Below are positions 27,094-36,084 of a DNA stretch of 64,000 nucleotides, in pieces. Position 1 is the stretch's first letter. Each line of letters begins with the position of its first letter. The notes under the pieces were generated by a model. It worked only from the letters and a program-made list of their open reading frames with translations, did not search any database and had not been told where the DNA came from. Origin of the DNA: Candidatus Saccharimonadales bacterium (lineage in GTDB: Bacteria; Patescibacteriota; UBA1384; 2-12-FULL-50-11); contig DATIHX010000008.1 in NCBI GenBank assembly GCA_035480235.1, positions 26,845 through 90,844 of the forward strand, written 5' to 3'. Both the position numbers and the translations under genes were made by a program.

Positions 27094-28260
27094 ATGGACG
27101 AATTTAACCCAGCGACCCGGCCACCCGAAACCAGCCAACCGCTCAAACACTCTCGTTTCAAAGCCTGGCTGGCGGCCCGGAAAAAGTTATTACTGATTAC
27201 TGTGCCGATTATTAGCTTGGTAATAGTGCTGGCAGTTTTTTGGTCAATTAATAATAACCAACCGGTCAGTAGCGGCCAAATCAAAATAAAAACGACGACC
27301 CCAACCCCAGCTGTGAAAGTAGCCAGTCCGCTTACTGGCCTCTTAATCGACGCCGACACGGCTAAGAAACCCGTCGCAGCCGTGATGATCGAGAACTCCA
27401 CCGACGCTCGGCCACAATCCGGTTTGAGCCAAGCTGGTGTGGTCTACGAAGCGATCGCCGAGGGCGGCATCACTCGTTATATGGCCTTGTTCCAAGAGCC
27501 GTTTCCGTCCGTTTTAGGCCCAGTCCGGAGTGTGCGGCCGTATTACGCCGACTGGGTGAGCGAGTACAACGTGCCGATCGTTCATGCCGGTGGCAGCCAA
27601 CCGGGGCTGGCCAAAGTGAATAGCGGCAGTTTTAAAAATGTTGAGGCATTGGTTCAAGCCAGCGGTTTTTACCGCGCCACCGACCGAGCCGCGCCGCACA
27701 ATTTGTATACCAAAACCGATTTGTTGGCTAATTTGCTGACCAAAATGAAATTTGACGCTGCTCCCGCCTTCACTGGCTTGGCCCGCAAAGACGATAAGCC
27801 ACCGGTCGCCACCACCACGCCAGCCACCGCCACCGTTCCGGCCAGTACCGTCCCAGCGGCGGCCGCTCACCCGAAAATTAACATTACCTTCGGTATCGCC
27901 GCCTATAACGTCCAGTACGATTACGATTTAGCGACCAATAGTTACAAACGAACAAACGGCGCCGCGGCGACCATCGACCGCAACACCAACGCTCAAGTCA
28001 GCGTCAAAAACGTGGTCGTCCTGCAGTTCCCAGTTAGTTATAGTACCCAAGGCAACGGCAAGCCGGAAACAATTTACAAACTAACAGGAAGCGGCAAAGC
28101 CTTCTTCTTTATGGACGGCAACGCCGTGGTGGGCACCTGGAGCAAAACCAGCGACACCGCTATTACTACTTACGCCGACGCTAACGGCACTGCCATCACC
28201 TTTAACCGCGGCAATACTTGGATTTCCGCCATCCCCACCGGCAACGCCGTGACGTATTAA
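27094..28260 (+). CDS. DUF3048 domain protein
   Basis: SPLTG, VMIEN..ARPQSGL, AEGGITR, GPVRS.R, APHNLY motifs. Confidence 0.9.
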   Translation: MDEFNPATRPPETSQPLKHSRFKAWLAARKKLLLITVPIISLVIVLAVFWSINNNQPVSSGQIKIKTTTPTPAVKVASPLTGLLIDADTAKKPVAAVMIENSTDARPQSGLSQAGVVYEAIAEGGITRYMALFQEPFPSVLGPVRSVRPYYADWVSEYNVPIVHAGGSQPGLAKVNSGSFKNVEALVQASGFYRATDRAAPHNLYTKTDLLANLLTKMKFDAAPAFTGLARKDDKPPVATTTPATATVPASTVPAAAAHPKINITFGIAAYNVQYDYDLATNSYKRTNGAAATIDRNTNAQVSVKNVVVLQFPVSYSTQGNGKPETIYKLTGSGKAFFFMDGNAVVGTWSKTSDTAITTYADANGTAITFNRGNTWISAIPTGNAVTY

Positions 28261-28328
28261 GAAGCTACTAGCTTCTGGCAACTAGCTTTAGGGCTAGTAA
28301 AAAACTGCCGATTGCTCGGCAGTGATAG

Positions 28329-28997
28329 TTAGTAAACAGCCTTAGCTAACAGCGCTGCGCTCTGGCCATCGTAAGCACTGTAGAGCAAGTCAATTTGCCC
28401 GGCTTCAAAACCGGCAAATTCCTCACCCCTTGGACCAGACACTCGCTGCACCAGCTCGGCAAATGTCCCGTAGGCTTCCGTAAGACCGAAGAAGCATTGA
28501 CGAAGCGTTGCCCCTGCCGAGTCCGTAAACTCAAAAGGAGAGCCTATAAATTCAAAGCCCTGGCAGCCAATTGCCTTGCGGACCTGCTCTAGATCGGCGC
28601 TCTCGTCTACGCGATAGGCGAGATGCTGAGGCTTGCCGGGAAAGAGCTCGCCACCGTCACCGCCGACACAGTGAGTGCCGTATAGGCGTAGGAAGTTTGA
28701 TAGGGGTGCGTCGTGTTGCAAATCCTCCAAGTTCGGCACCGAGAGTCCAATCATTGGCTGCCCAGCTTTGTGGGCAAGGGCAATATGCCGAGCTGGATAG
28801 ATCATCGTCCGCCAAACGCCAGCAAGGTCATAACCACGCCCTTGCCAATAATCACCGAATGCTTTTTCCATGTCGGGGTGAACAACGAATGTTAGGTGAT
28901 CTTCCATCGTTACCCCTTTTACTTCTTCTTTTAGAAGCGGGAGGGCGGGAAGGGACGAAAACCGCCCTAAAAGATATTGCATTGAACCACTAAGCAT
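28329..28997 (-). CDS. VOC-fold, HppD C-terminal-like putative dioxygenase (orphan cassette)
   Basis: DHL, QHLAY, LRQCF, FAELVQR, GF motifs; start reassigned to the ATG after GGAGG; TTGATT-17-TATTAT promoter. Confidence 0.7.
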   Translation of the reverse strand: MLSGSMQYLLGRFSSLPALPLLKEEVKGVTMEDHLTFVVHPDMEKAFGDYWQGRGYDLAGVWRTMIYPARHIALAHKAGQPMIGLSVPNLEDLQHDAPLSNFLRLYGTHCVGGDGGELFPGKPQHLAYRVDESADLEQVRKAIGCQGFEFIGSPFEFTDSAGATLRQCFFGLTEAYGTFAELVQRVSGPRGEEFAGFEAGQIDLLYSAYDGQSAALLAKAVY

Positions 28998-29100
28998 TTT
29001 TCCTCCAAATTGTTCGCCGTTACCAGCAAGAACGAATTGAGGCAATAATAAACCAATTTCTGGATAAAATCAACTCCTTGCCGCCCATAAAATAGTTCCT

Positions 29101-29409
29101 AAAACCGGAGGAGCAAACAGTGCCAGTTGCCGGTTTGCAGCCGGAGGTTTTCACAATACCCCAGTGGGAAGCTTGCGGGGGTGAGAAAGCGAATGCTTGG
29201 AGCTTTCGAACGGAAGCCGCTGCAAAAGTTATAATTTTTCCCTAGCTTTTGCCAAGCGGCGAGCGAGTAGCCAGGAGTTTGAGTGTGTAGGGGGCGGCTT
29301 AGCAAATTAGCCCCCTCACCCTCAAATAATAGTCAGTGGCGCTAGCCACATACAGATAGTGAGAAACACTATTCTGGTTTCCAAAAAGGACCCATTCGGG
29401 TCCTTTTTG
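29101..29409 (+). ncRNA. Putative large (~310 nt) structured RNA of unknown family
   Basis: Many stems with G-U pairs on the + strand, TAAAAT at 29088-29093, terminator at 29382-29409, no credible ORF. Confidence 0.5.
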
Positions 29410-29427
29410 TTTCAGTTCTTAACAACT

Positions 29428-30123
29428 TCAGCCGACGTAGCGCGCCCAGCAAGAACGACTAGCGTTCCAGGGGGCGGTACCGCGCAACTGCAGCGCTTGG
29501 CTAGCCTTTTGATCTTGAATTTCAGCCGGTGCGTCCTTAGCTCTCTGGTAACCACCGAAGCGGGCCCAGGTCGAGTCGAGGAACTGATAAGCGCCGGAGG
29601 CGCTAGAGCGGCGATTTTGGGCCTGATAATCGTTACGGCTTTCGCAGTAACGAATAGCGGCTAACATATCGCCCTGCGGCTTAGCGGCAACTGGCGTAGT
29701 GATGGCTTTTTTGGCGACAGCTTGCGCAGCTGCTTGCTTAACCGCTTCTGAGGCTTTCAGGCGAGCTTGCTCATCCAAATACAGCGAGCTCGGCGTGACT
29801 TCGATACTAATTGCCCGAGCACCACTAACTTCCGCTACTTGCGGCGTTAAGGCTTGCACCGTCGGCATTGGGCCAAAGGCTTGAACGCCGGCTACGGTGG
29901 TGGTAATCGGCGAAGTGGAAGCGGCGCTAACCAGCGTCATCGGCAAGATGAGCGTGGTAGCTAACACGACATAACCGACATAACGTAAGCTCTTGGCTTT
30001 GTTAAGATTGCGTTTGGTTCGAACGAACTGAACTTTACCAGCCTTAAAGATCCGGCCGGCAACCCTCCCTGTATTTTCGACGATTAAGTCGAGAATAATA
30101 GGGATAGTATAAATACTAATCAA
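29428..30123 (-). CDS. Rpf-like/lysozyme-fold transglycosylase, secreted or membrane-anchored
   Basis: IRYCES, SASGAYQF..STW, QD, PW..C motifs; start codon uncertain. Confidence 0.85.
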   Translation of the reverse strand: MISIYTIPIILDLIVENTGRVAGRIFKAGKVQFVRTKRNLNKAKSLRYVGYVVLATTLILPMTLVSAASTSPITTTVAGVQAFGPMPTVQALTPQVAEVSGARAISIEVTPSSLYLDEQARLKASEAVKQAAAQAVAKKAITTPVAAKPQGDMLAAIRYCESRNDYQAQNRRSSASGAYQFLDSTWARFGGYQRAKDAPAEIQDQKASQALQLRGTAPWNASRSCWARYVG

Positions 30124-30304
30124 CTCCTTTTTAATTTGCCCACTTGGGGCGGTTCCGAATATGACGCTTCAAGGCGTTCGTTACCGAACGGCTAACAAAA
30201 AGCTTCCTTTCGGAAGTATGGGCAGTATAGCTGATTGGGAAAGCTTGTCAAGCCTTTGGGGGTAAAGTAAGACCCCGGACGAACCGGGGCCGAATGCTTA
30301 GGAG

Positions 30305-30487
30305 CTAGGTCCGAACCATTTCCTTGCGTCCCTCCGGCGCGTCACGTCCGAACATGCCCTCGTAATCCCTGCCAGTTGGCGTGTAGGTGGTGAAATTTGG
30401 CCCCTTGGGAACTTGGCACAGGCCCAGCTGCTTAACCATCTCATACACTTTCGAGCTATTAACTCGCCCCTGACTATTATTATCCAT
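30305..30487 (-). CDS. Small hypothetical protein (60 aa, orphan cassette)
   Basis: TTGACT..TATCCT promoter, AGGAGG SD before ATG at 30487, hairpin after the stop. Confidence 0.55.
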   Translation of the reverse strand: MDNNSQGRVNSSKVYEMVKQLGLCQVPKGPNFTTYTPTGRDYEGMFGRDAPEGRKEMVRT

Positions 30488-30659
30488 CGAATTACCCTCC
30501 TGGTAATTTTTAGTGCGAAGCAACGCCAGGATAGCATATGCCGTCCTTAAAGTCAAGGCCATTGCCTTAAATTTAACGTCCCTCGTTACGCACTTTCAAT
30601 ATTTTAACCGCTTTCTATTGCCGGCGAAAGAAAAAGCCCCGCCGAAACGGGGTGGTGGC

Positions 30660-31196
30660 TTAGGGTTTGAGCCGGCGAGAAGCCTGGAGGCGCCAACCAT
30701 CACCGCTCTCGAGGTAAACCTCGATCGAAACGATGGGAACCTTAGTCGGTTCGAATTCGCCGTTTGTTTGGACGTAGTTTTCTAACCAGGCCTGGGATGC
30801 CGCCGCTGTGAGGTCTTTGGCTACCGCTACGTGAAAATCAAAAAGAAAGGCTGGGTTAACGTAGCGATTGAGTTGATCAACGCAACGTTCCCGGATTAGG
30901 TCCAGCTCCGCGCAATGCCCAACCTTTAGCGAAACCACCCGGCTAGTTTCGTCGGCATTGGGATGTTCTTTTAGCCCAACGAGCGCCAGCGAAAACGGTT
31001 GCACACCCTGAATAGCATAATCAACAACCTCAATAACCTCTTGAGCTGGTTGGTGGAAACCCTCACTCGGCGCATCAGATACTTCAATAGGGTGAATGAT
31101 GGTCACATGCCGCGGCAAGTTGCCAGCTTCGGGCCGTAATCCTTCCCGGAGAAACTTGGCTGGGCAGTCACAACAGATATAAACTTTTTGGCTCAC
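30660..31196 (-). CDS. 2H phosphoesterase (2'-5' RNA ligase-like) protein (orphan cassette)
   Basis: HVT and FHVA motifs about 90 aa apart; AGGAGG SD; terminator at 30631-30652. Confidence 0.65.
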   Translation of the reverse strand: MSQKVYICCDCPAKFLREGLRPEAGNLPRHVTIIHPIEVSDAPSEGFHQPAQEVIEVVDYAIQGVQPFSLALVGLKEHPNADETSRVVSLKVGHCAELDLIRERCVDQLNRYVNPAFLFDFHVAVAKDLTAAASQAWLENYVQTNGEFEPTKVPIVSIEVYLESGDGWRLQASRRLKP

Positions 31197-31276
31197 GAGC
31201 CACCTCCTAAAGAACGAATATACTTCCTTGTACCGCTTTGCTGGCCTGGAGACAACTTTTTCGCTACGCTGTTGGC

Positions 31277-31609
31277 ATGGAAGACTGTTTGTTCTGCCAA
31301 ATTGTTCGCGAAGAAGTTCAGAGCGAGCAAATTATTGAGACGACAAATTACGTCGCCTTTAAAGATATCCACCCGAAAGCGCCGGTACACGTTTTGATCG
31401 TGCCGAAACGGCATGTGGAACGGCCGGAAGAACTCCGGGGCGACGAGATTACCGATATGCTCCAAGGCGCCGAAGAAGTTGCCCAGATCATGGGCGTGAA
31501 AGACACCGGCTACCGGCTGGTTTTTAATGTTGGCAACCATCCCGGCCAAGTCATCGACCATGTCCACCTGCACTTGCTCGGTGGGGCACCAGCTAAAAGC
31601 ATGTACTAA
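31277..31609 (+). CDS. HIT family nucleotide-binding protein
   Basis: CLFC, DIHPKAPVH, HVHLHLLGG motifs. Confidence 0.95.
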   Translation: MEDCLFCQIVREEVQSEQIIETTNYVAFKDIHPKAPVHVLIVPKRHVERPEELRGDEITDMLQGAEEVAQIMGVKDTGYRLVFNVGNHPGQVIDHVHLHLLGGAPAKSMY

Positions 31610-31610
31610 A

Positions 31611-32258
31611 ATGGCGACTGAACCGGAAATCGACCAACTCGCCAAAAAGCTCTGGGATTACGGCCTGCTGCACCAAAAGCTAGAAAAAGCTGATGCGATC
31701 ATCGTTTTTGGTAGTTATAACCCGAGTATTGCTTTGCGAGCGATTGAACTTTACGAGCAAGGGCTAGCGCCAATCGTGGTTTTCTCTGGTAATCGGAGCG
31801 ATTCCACCACCGCTTGGGCTAAAACTGAGGCCGAAACCATGGCTGATCTAGCCATAGAGCACGGATTGCCGAAAGAAGTGACCCGAATCGAGCCAAATGC
31901 TAAGAATTCTGGCGAAAATACTCGATTCTCCAGAGCGTTACTGGAGAAAGAGGGGATTAAAACCAAAAAAATCATTGTCGTCCAAAAGCCGTACGCCGAA
32001 AGGCGGGCTTACGCCACCGTCAGAAAGCAATGGCCAGAAGTTGAAGTGCGAGTGACATCGCCACAAGTAAGTTACGAGCAATATATGGACGAAACCCCTA
32101 AAGACAAAAATGGCTCGATTGCTACGATGGTGGGGGACGTACAACGAATAAAAGTTTACGGCGCCAATGGCTTTCAAATCCCGCAAGAAATCCCTGCCAA
32201 CGTTTGGAAGGCTTATGAGGGGCTAGTTGAGCTAGGTTTCAGTAAATGGTTAGTGTAA
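31611..32258 (+). CDS. YdcF/DUF218 family protein
   Basis: SG, EAE, NSGEN, VQKPYAERR, GF...Q.IP motifs. Confidence 0.9.
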   Translation: MATEPEIDQLAKKLWDYGLLHQKLEKADAIIVFGSYNPSIALRAIELYEQGLAPIVVFSGNRSDSTTAWAKTEAETMADLAIEHGLPKEVTRIEPNAKNSGENTRFSRALLEKEGIKTKKIIVVQKPYAERRAYATVRKQWPEVEVRVTSPQVSYEQYMDETPKDKNGSIATMVGDVQRIKVYGANGFQIPQEIPANVWKAYEGLVELGFSKWLV

Positions 32259-32298
32259 TTCCTATTGCCTGGAAATAACCGCCAGGTATAATAATTTC

Positions 32299-32709
32299 AT
32301 GAAAACCACATTGAATCCCTACCTGCATTTCAACGGCGACTGCGAAAAAGCCATGAATTTTTATAAAAGCGTTTTTGGCGGCGAATTAGCCCTCACCAAA
32401 TTTGGCGATATGCCGATGCCTGGTAACGACGCCGACCCAGCCAAAATTATGCACTCGGAACTAAAGGCGACCGACGGCTTTAACTTTATGGCCTCCGACG
32501 GCGGCAAAGGCACCATGAACACCGACAACTTTTCTATTTCCTTAAACGGCGAAGACGCAGAAACCCTAAAGAAGTACTTTGATGCCCTAGCCGAAGGCGG
32601 CAAAGTCACCGTTCCGGTCGCTAAACACCCTTGGGGCGCCGAATTTGGCATGCTCAAAGACCAATTCGGTATCGACTGGATGGTTAATATCGTCTCGGAA
32701 GAAAAGTAA
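32299..32709 (+). CDS. VOC family (PhnB-like) protein
   Basis: PYLHFNG.C..A..FY, IMH, DQFGI.W motifs. Confidence 0.92.
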   Translation: MKTTLNPYLHFNGDCEKAMNFYKSVFGGELALTKFGDMPMPGNDADPAKIMHSELKATDGFNFMASDGGKGTMNTDNFSISLNGEDAETLKKYFDALAEGGKVTVPVAKHPWGAEFGMLKDQFGIDWMVNIVSEEK

Positions 32710-32805
32710 GCAACAGCAAACTAGCCTACGTCAAATCAGCTGACGCTGCTTGATTAATTGGTTAATTTGTTTACTATCAACTTAATATACCTTCAGGAGG
32801 ATGTT

Positions 32806-33432
32806 ATGCCTTTTTGGTTGTTCTTTACAATAAGTTTTGTGGTCGTTGCCCTGGTATTTGGCCTGTGCCTTTGGTTTGGCTACACGCGTCATATTACGCC
32901 GAGTGGAGAACCGGGTAGCCCCGGGCCAGGCGGTGGGACGATAATTGCCGCGGTAGCGGCGGGGTTTTTTGCTCAGATAGGCCTGATTCAAGGATTCTCT
33001 CCACAGACAGCCTTGGTTAACTCAAAGGGTGAGGTGGTAGCGGACTATCCTAATGGCCTTGGGTTCTTTTCGTGGCAGAATCCGGCAGCCCATCTCCAAG
33101 TAGTCGACTACGGGCCAGCGATTACCAGTGAGTCGTTTTCAGTTAGCAGCGAAAAATCGTTTTCGGTCAGCCTAAAAACGAGCGGGAGGCTGAGCGACTA
33201 TCTAGCGCTGACTGACTTGCTTAAAAAAGAGGGCGCTCAGTCGCTGGATGAATGGTTAAAAATTCACTACGGCGACGATCGAAAGGCTCTTGTGGCCAGC
33301 TACAATAAGCTGATCACCTTCCGCCAGAATCTGGGTAAAGAAGTGGAAGCGGCGACTTTTCAAGAAGCTGCCGATTCATACTTTGAGCCCAAGCTAGGAA
33401 AATACGGTATCAGCTTAAGTTCCGTTCCGTAA
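32806..33432 (+). CDS. Hypothetical membrane protein (orphan cassette)
   Basis: AGGAGG SD, two hydrophobic segments, terminator at 33438-33467. Confidence 0.7.
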   Translation: MPFWLFFTISFVVVALVFGLCLWFGYTRHITPSGEPGSPGPGGGTIIAAVAAGFFAQIGLIQGFSPQTALVNSKGEVVADYPNGLGFFSWQNPAAHLQVVDYGPAITSESFSVSSEKSFSVSLKTSGRLSDYLALTDLLKKEGAQSLDEWLKIHYGDDRKALVASYNKLITFRQNLGKEVEAATFQEAADSYFEPKLGKYGISLSSVP

Positions 33433-33507
33433 CCAGCAACCGCGACAAACTAACGTCGCGGTTTTTTAATTCTCGACAAATCCGAGCCTGAGGGTACAAT
33501 TTAGAAA

Positions 33508-34041
33508 ATGTCATTATTTTTTATTACTGGGAGTAAAAATAAGTTTGAAGAAGTAAAAACTGTCATCTCTGACGTCGAGCAGCTGGATATTGATTTGCCG
33601 GAAATTCAGCACAACGATGCGCATGAGATCATTAAAGCCAAGCTCCAGGAAGCCGTTAAGCACCGACAAAGCGAATTGATGGTCGAAGATACTTCGCTTT
33701 ATTTCGACTGCCTAAACGGTTTACCGGGGCCGCTAATTAAGTGGTTTATGAAAACGGTTGGTAATGACGGCTTGGCAAATATTGCTGAGAAGCTGGGCAA
33801 CACTAAAGCCCAAGCGAAAACAATTATCGGTTACGCCAATAGCAAAGGTGAAGTAGAGTTTTTTGAAGGGGTGATTGAAGGTACCATCGTTGCTCCCCGG
33901 GGCGAAACAGGCTTTGGCTGGGATCCGATTTTTCTACCCGACGGCCACCAGAAAACCTTTGCCGAAATGGGCCAAGACGAGAAAAATACACTCAGCATGC
34001 GTAAAATCGCCGCATTAAAACTACAAGAACGACTTTCTTAG
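33508..34041 (+). CDS. Non-canonical purine NTP pyrophosphatase (HAM1/ITPase family)
   Basis: TGSKNK, LPEIQ, EDTSL, LPGP.IKW, FGWDPIF motifs. Confidence 0.93.
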   Translation: MSLFFITGSKNKFEEVKTVISDVEQLDIDLPEIQHNDAHEIIKAKLQEAVKHRQSELMVEDTSLYFDCLNGLPGPLIKWFMKTVGNDGLANIAEKLGNTKAQAKTIIGYANSKGEVEFFEGVIEGTIVAPRGETGFGWDPIFLPDGHQKTFAEMGQDEKNTLSMRKIAALKLQERLS

Positions 34042-34091
34042 TGAAAACCTACTTAACACTCGTCATTTTTCGTGGTAAAATTGATTAATCA

Positions 34092-34355
34092 ATGACTGAA
34101 GAAACGCCAACAGTTGAACAGCCGCAAACTCGCCCACAAGGTGAGTACGCCGCCCGTGGCCCACGCCGCGAACGTGACGAGCGCGAAGGCGCCCCTGTTG
34201 AGGTAGTTCTGCGCCGCTTTTTCCGCGATGTCCAGCAATCCGACATCATGACCGAAATTAAACGCCGCAAATACTACGAAAAATCGCCGACCCGTAACTT
34301 CCGCCGCCGAGCCGCTCACGGCAAAATGGCCCGTCGGGCCAAACGAGACTTCTAG
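34092..34355 (+). CDS. rpsU: 30S ribosomal protein bS21 with N-terminal extension
   Basis: E..LRRF...V....I..E.K.R.YYEK pattern; rpsU-yqeY-ybeY synteny. Confidence 0.85.
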   Translation: MTEETPTVEQPQTRPQGEYAARGPRRERDEREGAPVEVVLRRFFRDVQQSDIMTEIKRRKYYEKSPTRNFRRRAAHGKMARRAKRDF

Positions 34356-34360
34356 AAAGA

Positions 34361-34483
34361 AAACACGAAGCACTAAATTCGAAATCCGAAACAATACTTA
34401 ATGTTCAAAATTCTAAAAACTGAAACTTTGAAAATTTGGAACTTTGAATTTGTTTCGGATTTCGTGCTTCGATTTTCGGATTT
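34361..34483. repeat. Inverted array of 7-bp repeats (AAATCCG/AAGCACG type)
   Basis: aaacacg aagcact aaattcg aaatccg ... cggattt cgtgctt cgatttt cggattt. Confidence 0.8.
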
Positions 34484-34491
34484 TTTCTAGC

Positions 34492-34938
34492 ATGTCACTC
34501 CAAACACAACTTGACGAACAACTGATCGCCGCCATGAAGGCGGGGGAAACCGAGAAACGTGACGTTTTACGGATGTTGAAAAGCGCGATCAAAAATGCCG
34601 CGATTGAAGAAAGTAAGGCCGAGCTGCCAGACGACGAAGTTTTGGCCGTCATCCGCAAAGAAGCGAAAAAGCGGAAAGAATCCATTCTGGCTTTTGAGCA
34701 AGCTAATAAACCATATTTAGTGGCTGCGGAAAAAGCCGAACTAGCAATTTTAGAAACGTATTTGCCGGCCCAAATGGATGAAGCGGGGATTCGCACCAAA
34801 GTTAAAGAGTATTTAGCGGCCCACCCGTCGACCGTCGCCCAAACTGGCCAAGTAATGGGCGGGTTGTCTGGTGAACTCAGCGGCCAAGCCGACATGGGCT
34901 TAGTCGCCAAAATCGTCCGCGAAGAGCTTAATTCTTAA
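34492..34938 (+). CDS. GatB/YqeY domain protein
   Basis: AMKAG, LRMLKSAIKN, KKRKES, YLP.Q, G.VMG motifs. Confidence 0.92.
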   Translation: MSLQTQLDEQLIAAMKAGETEKRDVLRMLKSAIKNAAIEESKAELPDDEVLAVIRKEAKKRKESILAFEQANKPYLVAAEKAELAILETYLPAQMDEAGIRTKVKEYLAAHPSTVAQTGQVMGGLSGELSGQADMGLVAKIVREELNS

Positions 34939-34940
34939 CC

Positions 34941-35327
34941 ATGCCGAAACTAGTTGTAGATTTTACTAACGAAACGACTATTTCGGTTGATTTGAAGCCG
35001 TTACAGGGACATTTGGAGAAAACCCTCGAGCGCTTAAACGAAACTAAAGATTTAGCGGTGGAATTAACAATAATCGATCAAGAAAAAATCCAGCAATTGA
35101 ACCGCGACTTTTTACAGCACGATTACCCAACCGACGTCTTAAGTTTTTTGGCTCCAGAGGAGCCGACCCTGAGCGAAGTCGAAGGGCCAAGCCCACTCGG
35201 TAGTATCGCTATCTGCCTACCCGTCGCCCAAAAACAAGCCACTGATGCTGGCATCACCCTTGAAGACGAGCTCAAAGTCTTGGCCGGCCACAGCCTGCTG
35301 CATTTACTTGGCTTTCATCACAAATAA
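34941..35327 (+). CDS. ybeY: rRNA maturation RNase YbeY
   Basis: LN..F...DYPTDVLSF, HSLLHLLGFHH motifs. Confidence 0.92.
   Translation: MPKLVVDFTNETTISVDLKPLQGHLEKTLERLNETKDLAVELTIIDQEKIQQLNRDFLQHDYPTDVLSFLAPEEPTLSEVEGPSPLGSIAICLPVAQKQATDAGITLEDELKVLAGHSLLHLLGFHHK
35167..35186 (+). repeat. Short palindromic element inside ybeY
   Basis: ccctgagcgaagtcgaaggg, translated as TLSEVEG. Confidence 0.7.
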
Positions 35328-35364
35328 AAAAGCCACCGGATTAAAATCGGTGGCGCTCGGGAGT

Positions 35365-35913
35365 TCAGCGAGAGGAGAGTAGCTCTTCTGATACCCTGAT
35401 TAAGGTTTCACAGAAATTGACCAGATCGTTTTCGGCGGATTGGCATTCTAGCTCAAGATTTGCACGCTGCTTCCGCATTTCCGAGGCATTACTCCTGATG
35501 ATGAGATTGGTCTTGTGCCACTCCTTCATTGCATCAGGAATTCGGGTGAGAGCCTTCGCGACCAAGAGAAGCTCGTTAGCCTTCATAGTCACAATCTTTA
35601 CCTCGCCCTTACAATCTCTCGGGATCTTAGCCACACGAAATGGCTGATCATCCTTGAGAATGAGTAGTGAAGTAAAGCCTTCGGGCTCATTCTGCCAAAA
35701 GAAAATGCTTTTCCACTGATGATGTTTGATAAAGATCCGAAAGATGTGATCGTTATACCTCAATACCAGCTCAATTAGAGGCGTGAGCATTTGAAGAAGT
35801 TTTGTCTGAGCTTCTTTTGGCCTCTCCAAGTCGTATTCTGCAGAGGCTTCGAGTTCTTCCGCTTGAAGAGACTTGAACGCATCCTCGATAAGATTCAGTG
35901 TTTTTTGATCCAA
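35365..35913 (-). CDS. Hypothetical protein (orphan cassette)
   Basis: GGAGG SD, TATAGT -10, terminator at 35326-35354. Confidence 0.65.
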   Translation of the reverse strand: MDQKTLNLIEDAFKSLQAEELEASAEYDLERPKEAQTKLLQMLTPLIELVLRYNDHIFRIFIKHHQWKSIFFWQNEPEGFTSLLILKDDQPFRVAKIPRDCKGEVKIVTMKANELLLVAKALTRIPDAMKEWHKTNLIIRSNASEMRKQRANLELECQSAENDLVNFCETLIRVSEELLSSR

Positions 35914-36084
35914 TTCATCCTCCAGCCGTAACTCAGTTGTCAGCAGGCTTTGTAAAATGTGCTAGCGAAACTATATCAGTAAGAATTTAAATAGTAAAGC
36001 CTTCAAGGCAGAAAAACAAGGGCTTAACGTCAGTTTCACTACTTTTTGACGTCAGCCCATTAAACTGGCTTAATATATAGACGG

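Noticed and set aside
29101-29409. RNase P RNA or group I intron (ATAGTC followed by hairpins)
   Set aside because: No GAGGAAAGUCC/P4 signature, no GACU partner for P7, and no host gene is interrupted
30124-30223. c-di-AMP (ydaO) riboswitch before the Rpf-like gene
   Set aside because: The conserved GCUGAA, GGGGAACC and CAGCUAAC segments are absent
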